A stretch of 55,738 nt of DNA from Octopus bimaculoides (lineage: Eukaryota): assembly GCF_001194135.2 (NCBI RefSeq), contig NC_068982.1, forward strand, positions 19,941,521-19,997,258, read 5' to 3'. Made by a program: the position numbers and the translations under genes. Below are positions 36,368-49,030 of the stretch, piece after piece. Each line of letters starts with the position of its first letter. Positions within the stretch are counted from its first letter, which is position 1. Below the pieces are notes generated by a model that was given only the letters and a program-made list of their open reading frames with translations, was not told the origin of the DNA and made no database searches.

Positions 36368-37313
36368 GGTCACAGAAAACGAGAAAGCAACCATACTCTG
36401 GGATATGCCAATACACACAGATAGAGAAATTAAGGCAAATAGACCAGATATAGTTGTCAAAGATCATGAAGAAAAAAAATGCTTTCTAATTGATGTATCA
36501 ATACCAGCAGATGACAACGTTTCTCTAAAAGAAATGGAAAAACTTTCAAAATACAAAGACCTGGAAATAGAGATAACTCGAATGGGGAGTCTAAAAACAG
36601 AAACAATTCCTATTATAGTAGGTGCCTTAGGTATAATAAAAAAATATTCAGACAAATACATAACAAAAACACCANNNNNNNNNNNNNNNNNNNNNNNNNN
36701 NNNNNNNNNNNNNNNNNNNNNNNNNNNNNNNNNNNNNNNNNNNNNNNNNNNNNNNNNNNNNNNNNNNNNNNNNNNNNNNNNNNNNNNNNNNNNNNNNNNN
36801 NNNNNNNNNNNNNNNNNNNNNNNNNNNNNNNNNNNNNNNNNNNNNNNNNNNNNNNNNNNNNNNNNNNNNNNNNNNNNNNNNNNNNNNNNNNNNNNNNNNN
36901 NNNNNNNNNNNNNNNNNNNNNNNNNNNNNNNNNNNNNNNNNNNNNNNNNNNNNNNNNNNNNNNNNNNNNNNNNNNNNNNNNNNNNNNNNNNNNNNNNNNN
37001 NNNNNNNNNNNNNNNNNNNNNNNNNNNNNNNNNNNNNNNNNNNNNNNNNNNNNNNNNNNNNNNNNNNNNNNNNNNNNNNNNNNNNNNNNNNNNNNNNNNN
37101 NNNNNNNNNNNNNNNNNNNNNNNNNNNNNNNNNNNNNNNNNNNNNNNNNNNNNNNNNNNNNNNNNNNNNNNNNNNNNNNNNNNNNNNNNNNNNNNNNNNN
37201 NNNNNNNNNNNNNNNNNNNNNNNNNNNNNNNNNNNNNNNNNNNNNNNNNNNNNNNNNNNNNNNNNNNNNNNNNNNNNNNNNNNNNNNNNNNNNNNNNNAA
37301 AGTCAAACATAAA
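36368..37313 (+). mobile_element. Young 5'-truncated RLE LINE copy embedded in (TAA)n, interrupted by an assembly gap
   Basis: Uninterrupted frame KVTENEKATILWDMPIHTDREIKANRPDIVVKDHEEKKCFLIDVSIPADDNVSLKEMEKLSKYKDLEIE... starts directly after (TAA)10. The probable 3' tip AAGTCAAACAT plus (TAA)n lies after the gap. Confidence 0.9.
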
Positions 37314-37361
37314 ATAATAATAACAACAATAATAATAATTATAGTAATACTAATAATAGTA

Positions 37362-37418
<57 letters not shown>

Positions 37419-37424
37419 TTAATA

Positions 37425-37820
37425 ATTTCAATTTTTGGCACAAAGCCAGAATTTTCGGGGAAGAGGATAAGTGAGTTACATCGACCGCAGTGTTTCACTG
37501 GTACTTAATTTATCGACCCCGAAAGCTTCAAACGCAAAGTCGACCTCGGCAGAATTTGAACTCAGAACACAAAGACAGACGAAATACCTATTTCTTTACT
37601 GCCCACAAGGGGCTACACACAGAGGGGACAAACAAGGACAGACAAACGGATTAAGCCGATTATATCGACCCCAGTGCGTAACTGGTACTTAATTTATCGA
37701 CCCGAAAGGATGAAAGGCAAAGTCGACCTCGGCGGAATTTGAACTCAGAACGCAGTGGCAGACGAAATACCGCTAAGCATTTCGTCCGGCGTGCTAACGA
37801 TTCTGCCAGCTCACTGCCTT
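37425..37820 (-). mobile_element. SINE family A dimer (full unit with tail 2 fused to a headless unit with tail 1)
   Basis: The minus strand reads head-core-tail2 ...GTAAAGAAATA|GGTATTTCGTCTG...-core-tail1-(ATT)n. Confidence 0.85.
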
Positions 37821-37984
37821 AATATTTCCGAAGATTACGATTGGTGTTGCGCTCAAAATTTACTGGGTGGAATGAATTCCATGCGATAAATACATGAGAG
37901 ATAACATCACTTCGGTCTGAAGCTGGAATCATAAATTGGGAAATGGAATGTATTGATCAGTGTGGATAGGAATATGTGAAAATC

Positions 37985-39050
37985 TTTGACATTGCACAGG
38001 GAATTCCATCAGAAGAGTGACTCTGATCGGTCCAGAAGAGAGAGTAGGAGAAGTTTGATCAGTAGAAAACAGTATGTAAAAAATGCTGTCGAACCATTAT
38101 TGATGCTTGTGAAGGAGTATGGGGTTATTCAACCAGATAATTGTTTTGAGAAGGAGAAAATGAAAGAGGGAGAAAATGAAGAAAAGGAAATGGCATAGAG
38201 AAAATCTATGTATCGTCAGTTTGCAAGAGACAAGCGGAAAGAGAGATACAGAAGGTCGGTGGTTATGGATGTGGAGGAATAATTTGAAAATAGAAACAGA
38301 AGTGTTTATATACGCAGCACAAGAACAAGCACTGAGGGTTAAAGTATGCAAAGTGCAGAATTGATAAAATAATGGAGAGCAACAAACGCAGATGTGTGAT
38401 GAGAGGGGTAAAACAGTATTGCCCGAAAGTGGCACAACGTGAATACATAAAGCAACATGACAATGTGGCAAGAATGATCCATTGGGAGTTTTATGGAAAT
38501 TATGGCCTAGAGAGATGAGATCAACGACGTGGAATAACCAAATCCCAGGGGCAGCTACTGAGAATGCGGATTGCAAAATCCCGTGTGATGCAATAATTCA
38601 ATGTGACTATCAGATTACACAGCAAAATTTGCCGTTGTTGCGAAGAGAAAAAAGCAAACAAAACGCTTGCCTGATTGCTGGCAAAGCATGTCCTGGTAAC
38701 AAGAGGATTGAAGAGAGAAAAGAATTCAAATTGAACAACTGTGGTGATTTAGAGTGAGAAATATGCAGGTATTGAGCTGGAAATGGAGAAAGTAGACGTG
38801 ATGCCAATAGTAATTGGTGCACCTGAAATCTTCAGTACTCAACAACAAACATATCTCAAAAACATTGGTACGAATATGAAGAGAGTTCATCTACAAAAAT
38901 CCTCATTGCTCAGAACTGCGGGAGTCCTTCGCACGATTCTTGAAACATGATCAGTAAACAATTGTCATCTTATTCTGGTGGCGGTTGACAGTTGACACTT
39001 TGCATCATACTCGGAAAATAAAGTAGAGATTTTTCCTGATACAACAACAA
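37985..39050 (+). mobile_element. RLE LINE family I, second decayed copy
   Basis: LHREFHQKSDSDR...RDTEGRWLWMWRNNLKIETEVFIYAAQEQAL...HDNVARMIHWE. Its 3'UTR CAGTAAACAATTGTCA..GACACTTTGCATCA matches 20390-20460. Confidence 0.9.
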
Positions 39051-39069
39051 CTACAAAGACGATAACAAT

Positions 39070-39238
39070 ATTTCTTTCTACTTTAGGCTCAAGGCCTGAA
39101 ATTTTGTGAGAGATGACTAATCTATTACATGAGAGGCAAAGCTGACGGTGGAATTTAAACTCAGAACGTAAAGACGGATGATATGTCGCTACGCATTTTG
39201 CCCCGCGTGCTAACGGTTATCCCAGGTCACCATCTTAA
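39070..39238 (-). mobile_element. SINE family A, internally deleted, tail type 1
   Basis: Reverse complement of the head (..GTTAGCACGCGGGGCAAAATGCGTAGCG..GTTCTGAGTTTAAATTCC) joined to the tail AAATTTCAGGCCTTGAGCCTAAAGTAGAAAG. Confidence 0.75.
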
Positions 39239-39239
39239 C

Positions 39240-39286
<47 letters not shown>

Positions 39287-40317
39287 CAAGAAGAAGAAGA
39301 AGAAGAAGAACAACAACAACAATGACAACGACAATGACATTTAATAACAACAACAACAACGACTGTTCCTGTAATAATTTATACTTATAATAATATTATG
39401 AACAAGTGAATGCTAGATGAATTTGCAAGTCTGCACTTAAACCAAGTAAACTAATCCTTTTAACCAAAGCTTCAGTATAGATACACTACATTTAACATGA
39501 ATACTGGAATGTAGAATCTTTCTGCAACTATGAATTTGTTATATAATATCTAATGCAGCACCACAAATTTATTTAGTGAAGGATAAACGCAATCTAATAT
39601 AAATTGTTACAGGAAAGGAACAAAATAATATAGTTTTCTCTCTTGAAGTAAGAAATGAAAAGGAAAAAAAGAAAAAAAATTATAAATCAGAGATTGACTT
39701 AACAAACAACTTTGAGGCGGATGGATAAGCAAATTAGAAATTACTGATGAAGAAGAAACAAGAAACAAAAAACAAAATGAAAACTTATTGCCAAGCATAG
39801 GATTCCAAGCTGAGTCTACAGGATTTTGCTTACAACGTAAGAACTAAGTATTTCAGAAGAATGAAACAGAAATATACAAGGATATCTCATTGGTAGTAAA
39901 TGTGCGCCTACACACACACATAAACGCAAGCACATATTCATACACGCATACATATTTGCATGAACTAGTAGTCTTTCATTTACTAAATTCAATGAACCCA
40001 AGTAGATTATGACTCAATATCCAAGCATGTTAACAGCCCGATACTCATCTCCCTCGCCACCCTCTCTCTCGCATTGTTTTTTTGTTTTTTTGCTAGATTT
40101 TCTCTTCTTTCTTTTTTTTTAACATTTAGATGCCGCAACGTTTTATTCCTAAAGCTAATTGTAGCTCTTTTATTTACCCGTTGATGTTCATTGCTCTTGT
40201 TATCTTTGTTTTATCTCATCGTTACAGCAACAACAGCTACTACTACTACTACTACTATTACTACTACTACTACTACTGCTGCTGCTATTGATACTGCTGC
40301 TGCTGCTGCTGCTGCTG

Positions 40318-40542
40318 CTTGTTTCAGTCTTAGGACTATGGCTGGGTTTACTGGCTTGCAGGTTTTTTTTTCCAATTGAACGAAGCATCACCGGAACTTA
40401 TTTCTTTTTAAAGCTTGATACTTTAGACTATCGGGTGCTCTGGCTGAACCGCTAAGTTACGGGTAAGTAAACAAATCAACATTAATAGCGGTGGTTGACA
40501 AACACAGTTACAAATATACACAGACATAGATACACCCTCACA

Positions 40543-40609
<67 letters not shown>

Positions 40610-40752
40610 ATCTATGTGTACCGTGGGCTTCTTTCCGTTTCTGTCTACAAAATCCACTCAGAAGGCTTTTGTCAACTGCGGCCAAGGTAGGAGTCACTTG
40701 ACGAAGGAACCATGGGGTTGGGAAGCAAGGAAGATTCTTAGCACACAACCGC
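40318..40752 (-). mobile_element. SINE family B with internal (GATA)n, decayed
   Basis: GAACCGCTAAGTTACGGG and GGGCTTCTTTCCGTTTCTGTCTACAAAATCCACTCAGAAGGCTTT match family B. Confidence 0.8.
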
Positions 40753-42865
40753 TAAACAATTGCTCCGTATTAATGCCCTTATTATTGGTATTAATTTTTT
40801 TTCTCGTATATTCATGGAACATGAAATATAACTTCGCACATATGACAACTGAATTTTATCTGGTCTAAGAAAGATAGTTTTTCCACTCTACTTCAGCTGT
40901 CCTTTTCCCATCCTTATATTGTGTAATAATATATCATACATAATTACTTATGTGCACTGTGACTTGAAATGGAATGTTACATAAACAATTGCAACCGATA
41001 TTAAAAACATACTGATGCTTATTATTAGTTTTCTCTTTGACTCTGCTAAAATACGTATCAACTCATTCTATCAGTGATATGTACCAAGAATTCTCGCAAC
41101 TATGGATACTATTTTTATAAATCTCATAGATTTTCAGTTCTTTTAATTTGTATTAATTTTTTTACTACACCAAAGATATATCCTAAATACTATAGTTCCG
41201 ACGCAGCCATTTCTGTTCGCAGATTTATATTACTCTACACAAGGCTCATCTGTCATAGCTACATGCCTAACATCCCATCAAGGAAGATAAATATAATGAC
41301 CGTTGATAACCGCGTGACAAAAATGATGGCAGAAGATATAGAGAATTTTGGTCTTAAGGAAACTCGCAAAAATCAATCAGACTTTTTTTGAAAAAAAGAG
41401 GGCAATATAGATTCCCAACCAATCTATAAAGTAAAGCACTTTTTTGGGGGGGATTACTTTAAATTCACGTTGCAGTAAGAAAAAGAGCAAATGAAGAAGA
41501 AAAAGATAGATGGGAAGGAAGCATATCACTATATCTGCAAATATTGTCATTTCTATAACCGACGATTTTGTCGAAAGAGGCTAGGTGAAAAGGTATTGAA
41601 ATCATACTTTGGACGTATACATACATACATAATACGTGCATGCATAAAGAAAAATACACGCACACAAAACACACACGTATTGTTACTTAACAGATGGATT
41701 GTTCGTAAGGGGAAGGGAAAAGTAATAGAATTTCCATAGAATATATATATATATATATATATATANNNNNNNNNNNNNNNNNNNNNNNNNNNNNNNNNNN
41801 NNNNNNNNNNNNNNNNNNNNNNNNNNNNNNNNNNNNNNNNNNNNNNNNNNNNNNNNNNNNNNNNNNNNNNNNNNNNNNNNNNNNNNNNNNNNNNNNNNNN
41901 NNNNNNNNNNNNNNNNNNNNNNNNNNNNNNNNNNNNNNNNNNTATATATACGTATATACATATATTCCCAGTGATATACTACAGCTGTTATAAGTAAATA
42001 TAAGTATAAAATGCAGTAATGTAATAATTTCATGACGGTCTCTCACATTGTTGGAAGAAACTATAAAATTCAATGCACTAAATATAAATCTCATCATTTA
42101 CATTTACAAAATAGTAATAACAACAAAAACAGGAACTGTTATTTCTGTAATGCCATGCTTCGTCTTACTTGGAAAATTTTCTTCTAACATCTCCTTTTGT
42201 ATTGATGTCTATTGTTGTCACTATTATTTATTGATGGTCAATTCGTCTTTCTTCCTAATTGGTTTCTCCGGTATATTTCCAATATAACATTCTTGTGGTT
42301 TACGTTTATATTTGTTAGTTTCGTATTGGTTTTACTCGTATCTATTGTTATTTTGTTTCCATCTATATGTCCTTCGTTTTCTATTTTTCAACTCATACCT
42401 TCTATTTCAATGTCTGTCGATAAATTATGTTTCCTAATCACTCGAAATTGGTCGGCTATTCTTTATTCTGTTGCTTTGAACAATCATTTCTCTTGCCAAG
42501 TTTGGAACATTATTTTTCAATATCCTTTAACTGGAATGTCATACTGAGTAATATATTAAATCAGAAAATATAGCATTACAGTACTTTTATATTTATGCTT
42601 TTGTCACATTTTTGTCTTCAGCGTTTTCGTCTTTAGATTGAGACTACTTTTAAAAGGTCTCCCTGTAGAAATGCGAGCCTTTGTGAGAAACTTCAACGCT
42701 AATCTAACAGGCGATCTACATTTAATTTTCAGAAATATTCTGTATCTCAATAACATGCAAATGTTATGGAAGCTTCAATCCACGGTATAAAAACCTGTTA
42801 TTCATATATATAACGTATGTATATGTATAGAAAAATACATGCATACAAAAATACATACATACATA

Positions 42866-43432
42866 AAACAATTTACTATGCTATCTGTCCTGAAATAAAC
42901 TTCGAAAATCCCTCTGTTATGGAATACATTCATAAACACCAACACAAGGAATTCTGGTGGAATATTCCGATCAAATGTAAACATAGCAGGCTGGATATTG
43001 TTGTTTGGGACGGAGGGGAAAAGGTATGTACCATCATAGAGGTCAGATGTCCTGCAGATATAAATATCTCTTGCAAGATCAAAGTAAATGAGGATATCTA
43101 TGGACAACTGCTTCCAAACCTTCAGCTTCTATTTCTAGACTATGAATTCATATTCATACCTATAATAATCGGAGCATCAGGTTTTGTTAGTAAACACTGA
43201 AAGGAGAATCTGGATAAACTGAGATTTCAGAAAGAGAAACTGACCGTCTGATCCGTACATTACAAGTCCAATATGTGAGTGGAACAGTAAAAATATGCAA
43301 GGCTTTTCTCAAGTTCTAAGTGTGAATTTGTCTGGTTTTACATCTCAAAGATGGAGCCTTGTATCTTTGTTGGAAAGCAGCTCGCACCTGAGCAGAATAT
43401 TTATGATAATTAGGAAATAGAAGAGACATACA
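42866..43432 (+). mobile_element. RLE LINE family III, endonuclease domain plus 3'UTR, in a (CATA)n site
   Basis: EFWWNIPIKCKHSRLDIVVWD..KVCTIIEVRCPADINI..K...FIPIIIGASG...LQVQYVSGTVKICKAFLKF. The 5' flank is ATACATACATACATA and the 3' end is GAGACATACATAT. Confidence 0.85.
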
Positions 43433-43433
43433 T

Positions 43434-43900
43434 ATATGGGAGAATTTACGAAAAAACAACAGACAGAGACAGGTGGTGTAAACAACAAATGGATGTATTA
43501 GTTTAACGCTCGGGAATAGAGAAAGTCTTTGGCGTTTCGAGCTACGCTCTTCAACTGAAAGGAACACAGAAAGAAATAAGGAGAGAAACAAATAGAAAAA
43601 TATATAAATGTAGTGGTCAGCGATCTATCATGGCGAATGCCGGACAGAAGGATCACACAGGAGAGCTAAGAAAAGGGGAGATATCAAAGAAGTGGTGAAC
43701 CCAAGACAAGAAGCTGCGTGTGTGAGAGAGAATGCTGGTGATCTTAACGTATGTATGTGTGTATGTAGGTGTGAAAGTGTGAAAATGTGGGGAAGGGAAT
43801 TGGTCAGTGCCAGAGTGTGCGAAGTGATGTGTTGTGTGATGTGGTGTAGCGTGGTGTGATGTGAGGGTGTTGGGAGGTGGGAATGTGTGTATGTGTACAT
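43434..43900 (-). mobile_element. Penelope-like end repeat, copy 3 (longest), with mutated hammerhead motif
   Basis: 43434-43600 aligns to 1216-1400. The motif CCTTT-CAGTTGA-A-GAGC(GTA)GCTC-GAAA-CG-CC-AAAGA lies at 43526-43562. The extension to ~43900 is uncertain. Confidence 0.55.
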
Positions 43901-44391
43901 TAAAACGCATGAATGTCTCTGTCACCATTTTTACCATATGCCTTTATCCTTTGCTTTTCCTTGAATTTTAACTTAATGAATCTACACAGAAACACACGCT
44001 GTGCAGTGTGTTTGGTCGTTCACGTTTTGTTATATTTCAAGATAGTTTTCATTAACAACTCATTCAGTTTGTTTTCTGCTTTGTATATTATTTTGCACTT
44101 TCTGTGGATATTTGCTCTATATATAAGAAAGCAACAACGATATCAAATGATCGAGGCAGCAGGATATCCACAGCAACATCACTATTGTTCCCTTACGAGA
44201 ATGTTCAACATACTTCCTGTTGGATCGCCTGAGGACGCCCGAAGTTAATGGGAAGATAACAGTTTTTTTAGAAAAAAAAAAACAAACTACGAGACCATGA
44301 AAAGTAGAACTAACATGAGCACATGAGTCACTAGAAAACGTGAAAATTCGTTAGGGAATATTTTCCGGCGAGACTCGCTTTCGCCATTACA

Positions 44392-44431
44392 TTATTCTTC
44401 CTCCTCCTCCTCCTCCTCCTCCTCCTCTTCC

Positions 44432-44462
<31 letters not shown>

Positions 44463-44578
44463 CTTCTTCTTCTTCTTCTTCTTCTTCTTCTTCTTCTTCT
44501 TCTTCTTCTTCTTCTTCTTCTTCTTCTTCTTCTTCTTCTTCTTCTTCTTCTTCTTCTTCTTCTTCTTCTTCTTCTTCT
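44392..44578 (+). repeat. Compound triplet microsatellite (CCT)n-(CTT)n
   Basis: Directly visible. Confidence 0.95.
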
Positions 44579-45366
44579 CACACATACACACATACACACA
44601 TACACACTCACACATGTGTATGTATATAGATGCATACGGTTAATACTTAAGAAGCCAAGATTTCAGAATGGAAAATCAGTTTACATTTATATCCGTTCTT
44701 TGCTATTGTTTTGGCGTTCTTTATATAGTCACTACTGCTAATAGCTACAGCGACTGCAAGACGAATTTAAATTAGGGATAAAAGAATAACATTTATGACG
44801 CATTGAAGTTTGGATATAACTTGCAAGGTTACTTGGACGAGCTGACATTTCGACACAATAAATAAAGTGAAAAGAAAGTTCTTATTTCTTTTTTCTTATG
44901 TCGAGTTGGGTTAAAGTGAATAACCAATAGAAATTAACAAGAATTTTGTTGTCTAAAATGGTTTACAAGTAACACTTGAAAGCCAGTCTTCAAGGACTTC
45001 CAATAATTATAATTGTTTCGAAAGAAATTGTGTCTTGTTGAATGTAAACATCTGTTTTGAATAACTTATGAAAATAAAAAATGAAAATCAATGTTGAAAA
45101 TATTTACAAAATACAAATGATGAAAATATAAGGAAACTAATAACTATATTATGCAATAATAATCTGAATTGACGGCATAAGAATTAATACAGTTCTAAGA
45201 GAACGTAAAATAATTCATGTTTGGAACAGTGGATTTTGAAGCACTTAAGGCTGTTCCGAAAAAAGAAATAATTCAAGTTCTCTAGGAAGTTTAGATATTC
45301 ATGTAACAGCGACAACGCACAGTTCTCGTAAGAATAAAATTTATAAAATAGTAAGAGAAATTCAAA

Positions 45367-45450
45367 GGCTTGTTTTGGTCCAGTGGTAGGACGCCTGTCA
45401 TGTCTACAGAGGCTATTGGTTCGAGTATCATGAGCAGTTGTCCAGTTTTT
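45367..45450 (+). pseudogene. Isolated tRNA-like pseudogene or orphan SINE head
   Basis: A-box TGGTCCAGTGG, perfect D-stem GTCC/GGAC, B-box GGTTCGAGT, partial acceptor pairing GCTTGT/ATGAGC and a downstream T5. The anticodon loop and T-stem are broken. Confidence 0.45.
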
Positions 45451-47240
45451 CAACCCAAAATTTACATGCTATCATTCATAGCTTTATGAACTTCGAGATC
45501 ATTTTACCATAAAAGAATAAATTGAATGTTTCACTGTATTTGTATATATTACTAATTAATTGAATCTCAGTTCAAACGATGTGTATTCATTTCTTCCCAT
45601 AAACTTATCTCATAGATTTTATTATTATCACATCTCTACTTTCGATATAAGTCTCCAATCACCATTTATAATTAACGTTGAACTGGAGAGAATGTCATAG
45701 AAGCTTTCGTAACGGGATACTTTTCTTGATATTACTGTTGCTTTGTTTATTGAAAATGTTAATGATAGTGACGTTATTTTTGTTGCTGTAGCTGCTTTCT
45801 ATTTTCCTCTTGACGACGATTTTATTGTCACATGAACTTAACATACTAATCTTAATTGTTGATGACGTCGACATCTTAATTATTTAAAAAAAAGTCGATC
45901 GTATTATTTGTCTTCCTGTCATTATTGTAGTCTCAGTTACTTTTATTAGAGGTTTTACTGTAGATGTTCGGTCTTTGATGATTCTTAAAATAGTCATTGA
46001 CGATGAGGTTGTTTCTGATTGCCGTTATTCTTGCTGATGTTCCTAGCCATCCCACTTTGAGGCCCCGCTGATGAGTTGCATAATGGGATTACTGGTTTCT
46101 AAATTTTCTCGATATCACAAAAGAATTCAGAGAGCTGTCAGCATATTGAGAGTTTCCGCCACGGCATATACCATAGAAATTTAACACTGACCTACTTTTC
46201 AACTGAAGCTATTTTTAAACAATTTTTTCTTCAGTAAGGTTTAATTTCTTGAAGTTTGTCGTTATATAATTAAAAATTAAGATAACAATACAACGGAATC
46301 TTACTTCTATAATCCTTATTCATTGAAACGTTTTGAACTTGATAGAATATTTCTCTTTTAACATCTGTTGTTTATAATGATGAAGAGTTGCTGTCATTTT
46401 AACTTTACATGGAAACACTATATTCAAGTATCAGTTCATCAAATCAAATAAACGTTCAATGTTATGCTACATTTCGCCAATTTTGTGGATAAAATCGGAA
46501 AAATATGTGTGCAGTTAGCCAGAATAGATACTTATCGGACAAGAAGAAAGAGAGCAAGGAAAAAGATATATTGCTCTAAAGAGCTGCTACTGGTGAATTA
46601 GATAATCATAGATCATATCAAAACGAAATAAACAAAAAAAAAAAAAAGAAAAAAAACATTAGCACAGCATGGATTGAATATCAAAAAATGCTTTATAACA
46701 TACCATATTCTTAGATGCTGTAGGCACTCCATATAAAATATCATCTCCAATATTAACATAGTTGAACGACCATGCCATATCATGTTGGAGGACGAACATA
46801 TCGCTCTAGGGAGTAAAAAGAAAATAATTAAAACAAGACTTATATCCATATGTAGTAAAATCGATCATGAAGGCTATTCCCTTCTACTCCCCTGCTCTGA
46901 GCCAATTTACTAATATGTTGTAGGAAACCATCAATGATTATAAAAGTTAGAGGAAAATTATATACAACGCTCCACTTGTTTCCACGGTTGTATATGCAAT
47001 GAAATGTGTGATTCGATTGAGTATGTACCATATGTTTGTTCATGGTTTTTATATATTCATATTTGATTAAGTTCGTGTCTTCACATATGCGCCAAAATTG
47101 ACATACGATGAGGCAAATGAACTGAAAATTTAAACTGAATCCATGCAGTGAACTAAAAAAAAAAAATTAGGACAGAACAACCTATCTATGCTCGTAGAGG
47201 TAAAAGAATGTCATGATGTAAGACAAAAATTAATTACTCG

Positions 47241-47286
<46 letters not shown>

Positions 47287-47304
47287 ACACACACACACGC
47301 ACAT

Positions 47305-47349
<45 letters not shown>

Positions 47350-47728
47350 AATATATATATATATTTAAATATGGAATAAAAGAAATAAGTTAATTGATAG
47401 AAATATACTTACTATATCTGGTGAAAATTATAAATTAAAGATTATAAATTGTAGACTTTGGTAAGTAAAGTGTTTAGACAAGTAGACTAGAATAAAAGAT
47501 TACAACGCTATTCGAAATTTGCCCTTAAGGAGCATTTACATATAGAATACAACTACTCTTTATAAATGAATGTATGTCCAGGTGCATATACGGACCTATT
47601 TAATTGACACAATCTTATAAATCAAAAGCAACGGCTAAATAAACTATGTATGAAAACCACAAGTGGAAACAATTTAGTTTAATAAGTGAAAATGAAAAAA
47701 ATTTAAAACACCTTCAGATTTACGAATA

Positions 47729-47895
47729 TGCGTAGGAGTGGCTGTGTGGTAAGTAGCTTGCTTACCAACCACATCGTTCCGGGATCAGTCCCACTGCGTG
47801 GCACCTTGAGCAAGTGTCTTCCACTATAGCCTCGAGCCGACCAAAGCCTTGTGAGTGGATTTGGTAGACGGAAACTGAAAGAAGCACGTCGTATA
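47729..47895 (+). mobile_element. SINE family B 5' half, well preserved, running into a microsatellite and gap
   Basis: GGAGTGGCTGTGTGGTAAG (A-box), GGGATCAGTCCC (B-box variant), GGCACCTTGAGCAAGTGTCTT (CORE-like) and GGATTTGGTAGACGGAAACTGAAAGAAGC. Confidence 0.9.
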
Positions 47896-48339
47896 TATGT
47901 ATATATATATCTATATCTATATANNNNNNNNNNNNNNNNNNNNNNNNNNNNNNNNNNNNNNNNNNNNNNNNNNNNNNNNNNNNNNNNNNNNNNNNNNNNN
48001 NNNNNNNNNNNNNNNNNNNNNNNNNNNNNNNNNNNNNNNNNNNNNNNNNNNNNNNNNNNNNNNNNNNNNNNNNNNNNNNNNNNNNNNNNNNNNNNNNNNN
48101 NNNNNNNNNNNNNNNNNNNNNNNNNNNNNNNNNNNNNNNNNNNNNNNNNNNNNNNNNNNNNNNNNNNNNNNNNNNNNNNNNNNNNNNNNNNNNNNTGTAT
48201 GTATGTATATATATAAATGTTTTATAATTATATACATAATTATAACAAGGGTCGGCTTTATGCCTCACCACGCCCCGTAAGAGATAGACGCTAAAGTCCT
48301 TTTTACTACCTTAAAATCTTCGAGAATATAACACACTTA

Positions 48340-48370
<31 letters not shown>

Positions 48371-48889
48371 CAGGAAACAATAAATTACAAACAACAAAAT
48401 GAAAATTCATTTTCTATACGACCTGGAAACTTAAAGAACCACCATATAATTATTATGCTTTCATACTTGGAAGTAAATCAAATCATTGGACGTATAGAAG
48501 AAAAATGAGCTCATATTATATTTGCACAGATTCAGTACCTTGCAACATACAAAGTATTTGAATGAAATAATTAAACGTGAGACGCATTTCAAATGTAAGC
48601 TCTTCAATCAGTAAATTGTGACATTTGAGCACATCATTTAGTGGCCTGCCCAGTTCTTGCAACTTTATAATATATTCACAGACACAGCTGTACCGGTATT
48701 TATGCCCGTTAGACAATATGTCAATATTTCGCCGTAAAAATTGAGATGTATTATCACGAAGCTAAAATTGTATATAAAAGCAATATCATAATGATGATGT
48801 GTGACATGATTATTCAGACAGAGAAAAAATCAAGACATGGTTCATTCAGATATAATTAGCTATCAAATCTCTGTTCTCATTGGTATCCT

Positions 48890-49030
48890 GAGCAAAATAT
48901 ATTTTGGTACGAAATGGAGAAATTAACAATTAGCAAGAATGACAGAAAGGAAATAAACGTATGTGAAAATACGAATGTTTAATAAGAAGCAATATTTAGA
49001 GCACAATGGATTATAAAGAGAAACACAAAG
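48890..49030 (+). mobile_element. Very old RTE-like LINE remnant
   Basis: ..EKLTISKNDRKEINVCE..FRAQWIIKRNTK resembles the post-RT ETWT-S---R-I-AFE-W region. Confidence 0.35.

Noticed and set aside
46068-46110. CTGATGAG as a hammerhead core
   Set aside because: No stem II followed by GAAA downstream.
710-48280. Long ORFs in the track spanning N-runs or (TA)n/(CA)n/(GT)n (YIYI, THTH, VCVC, XXXX)
   Set aside because: These are artefacts of 12 assembly gaps and dinucleotide repeats lacking stop codons.
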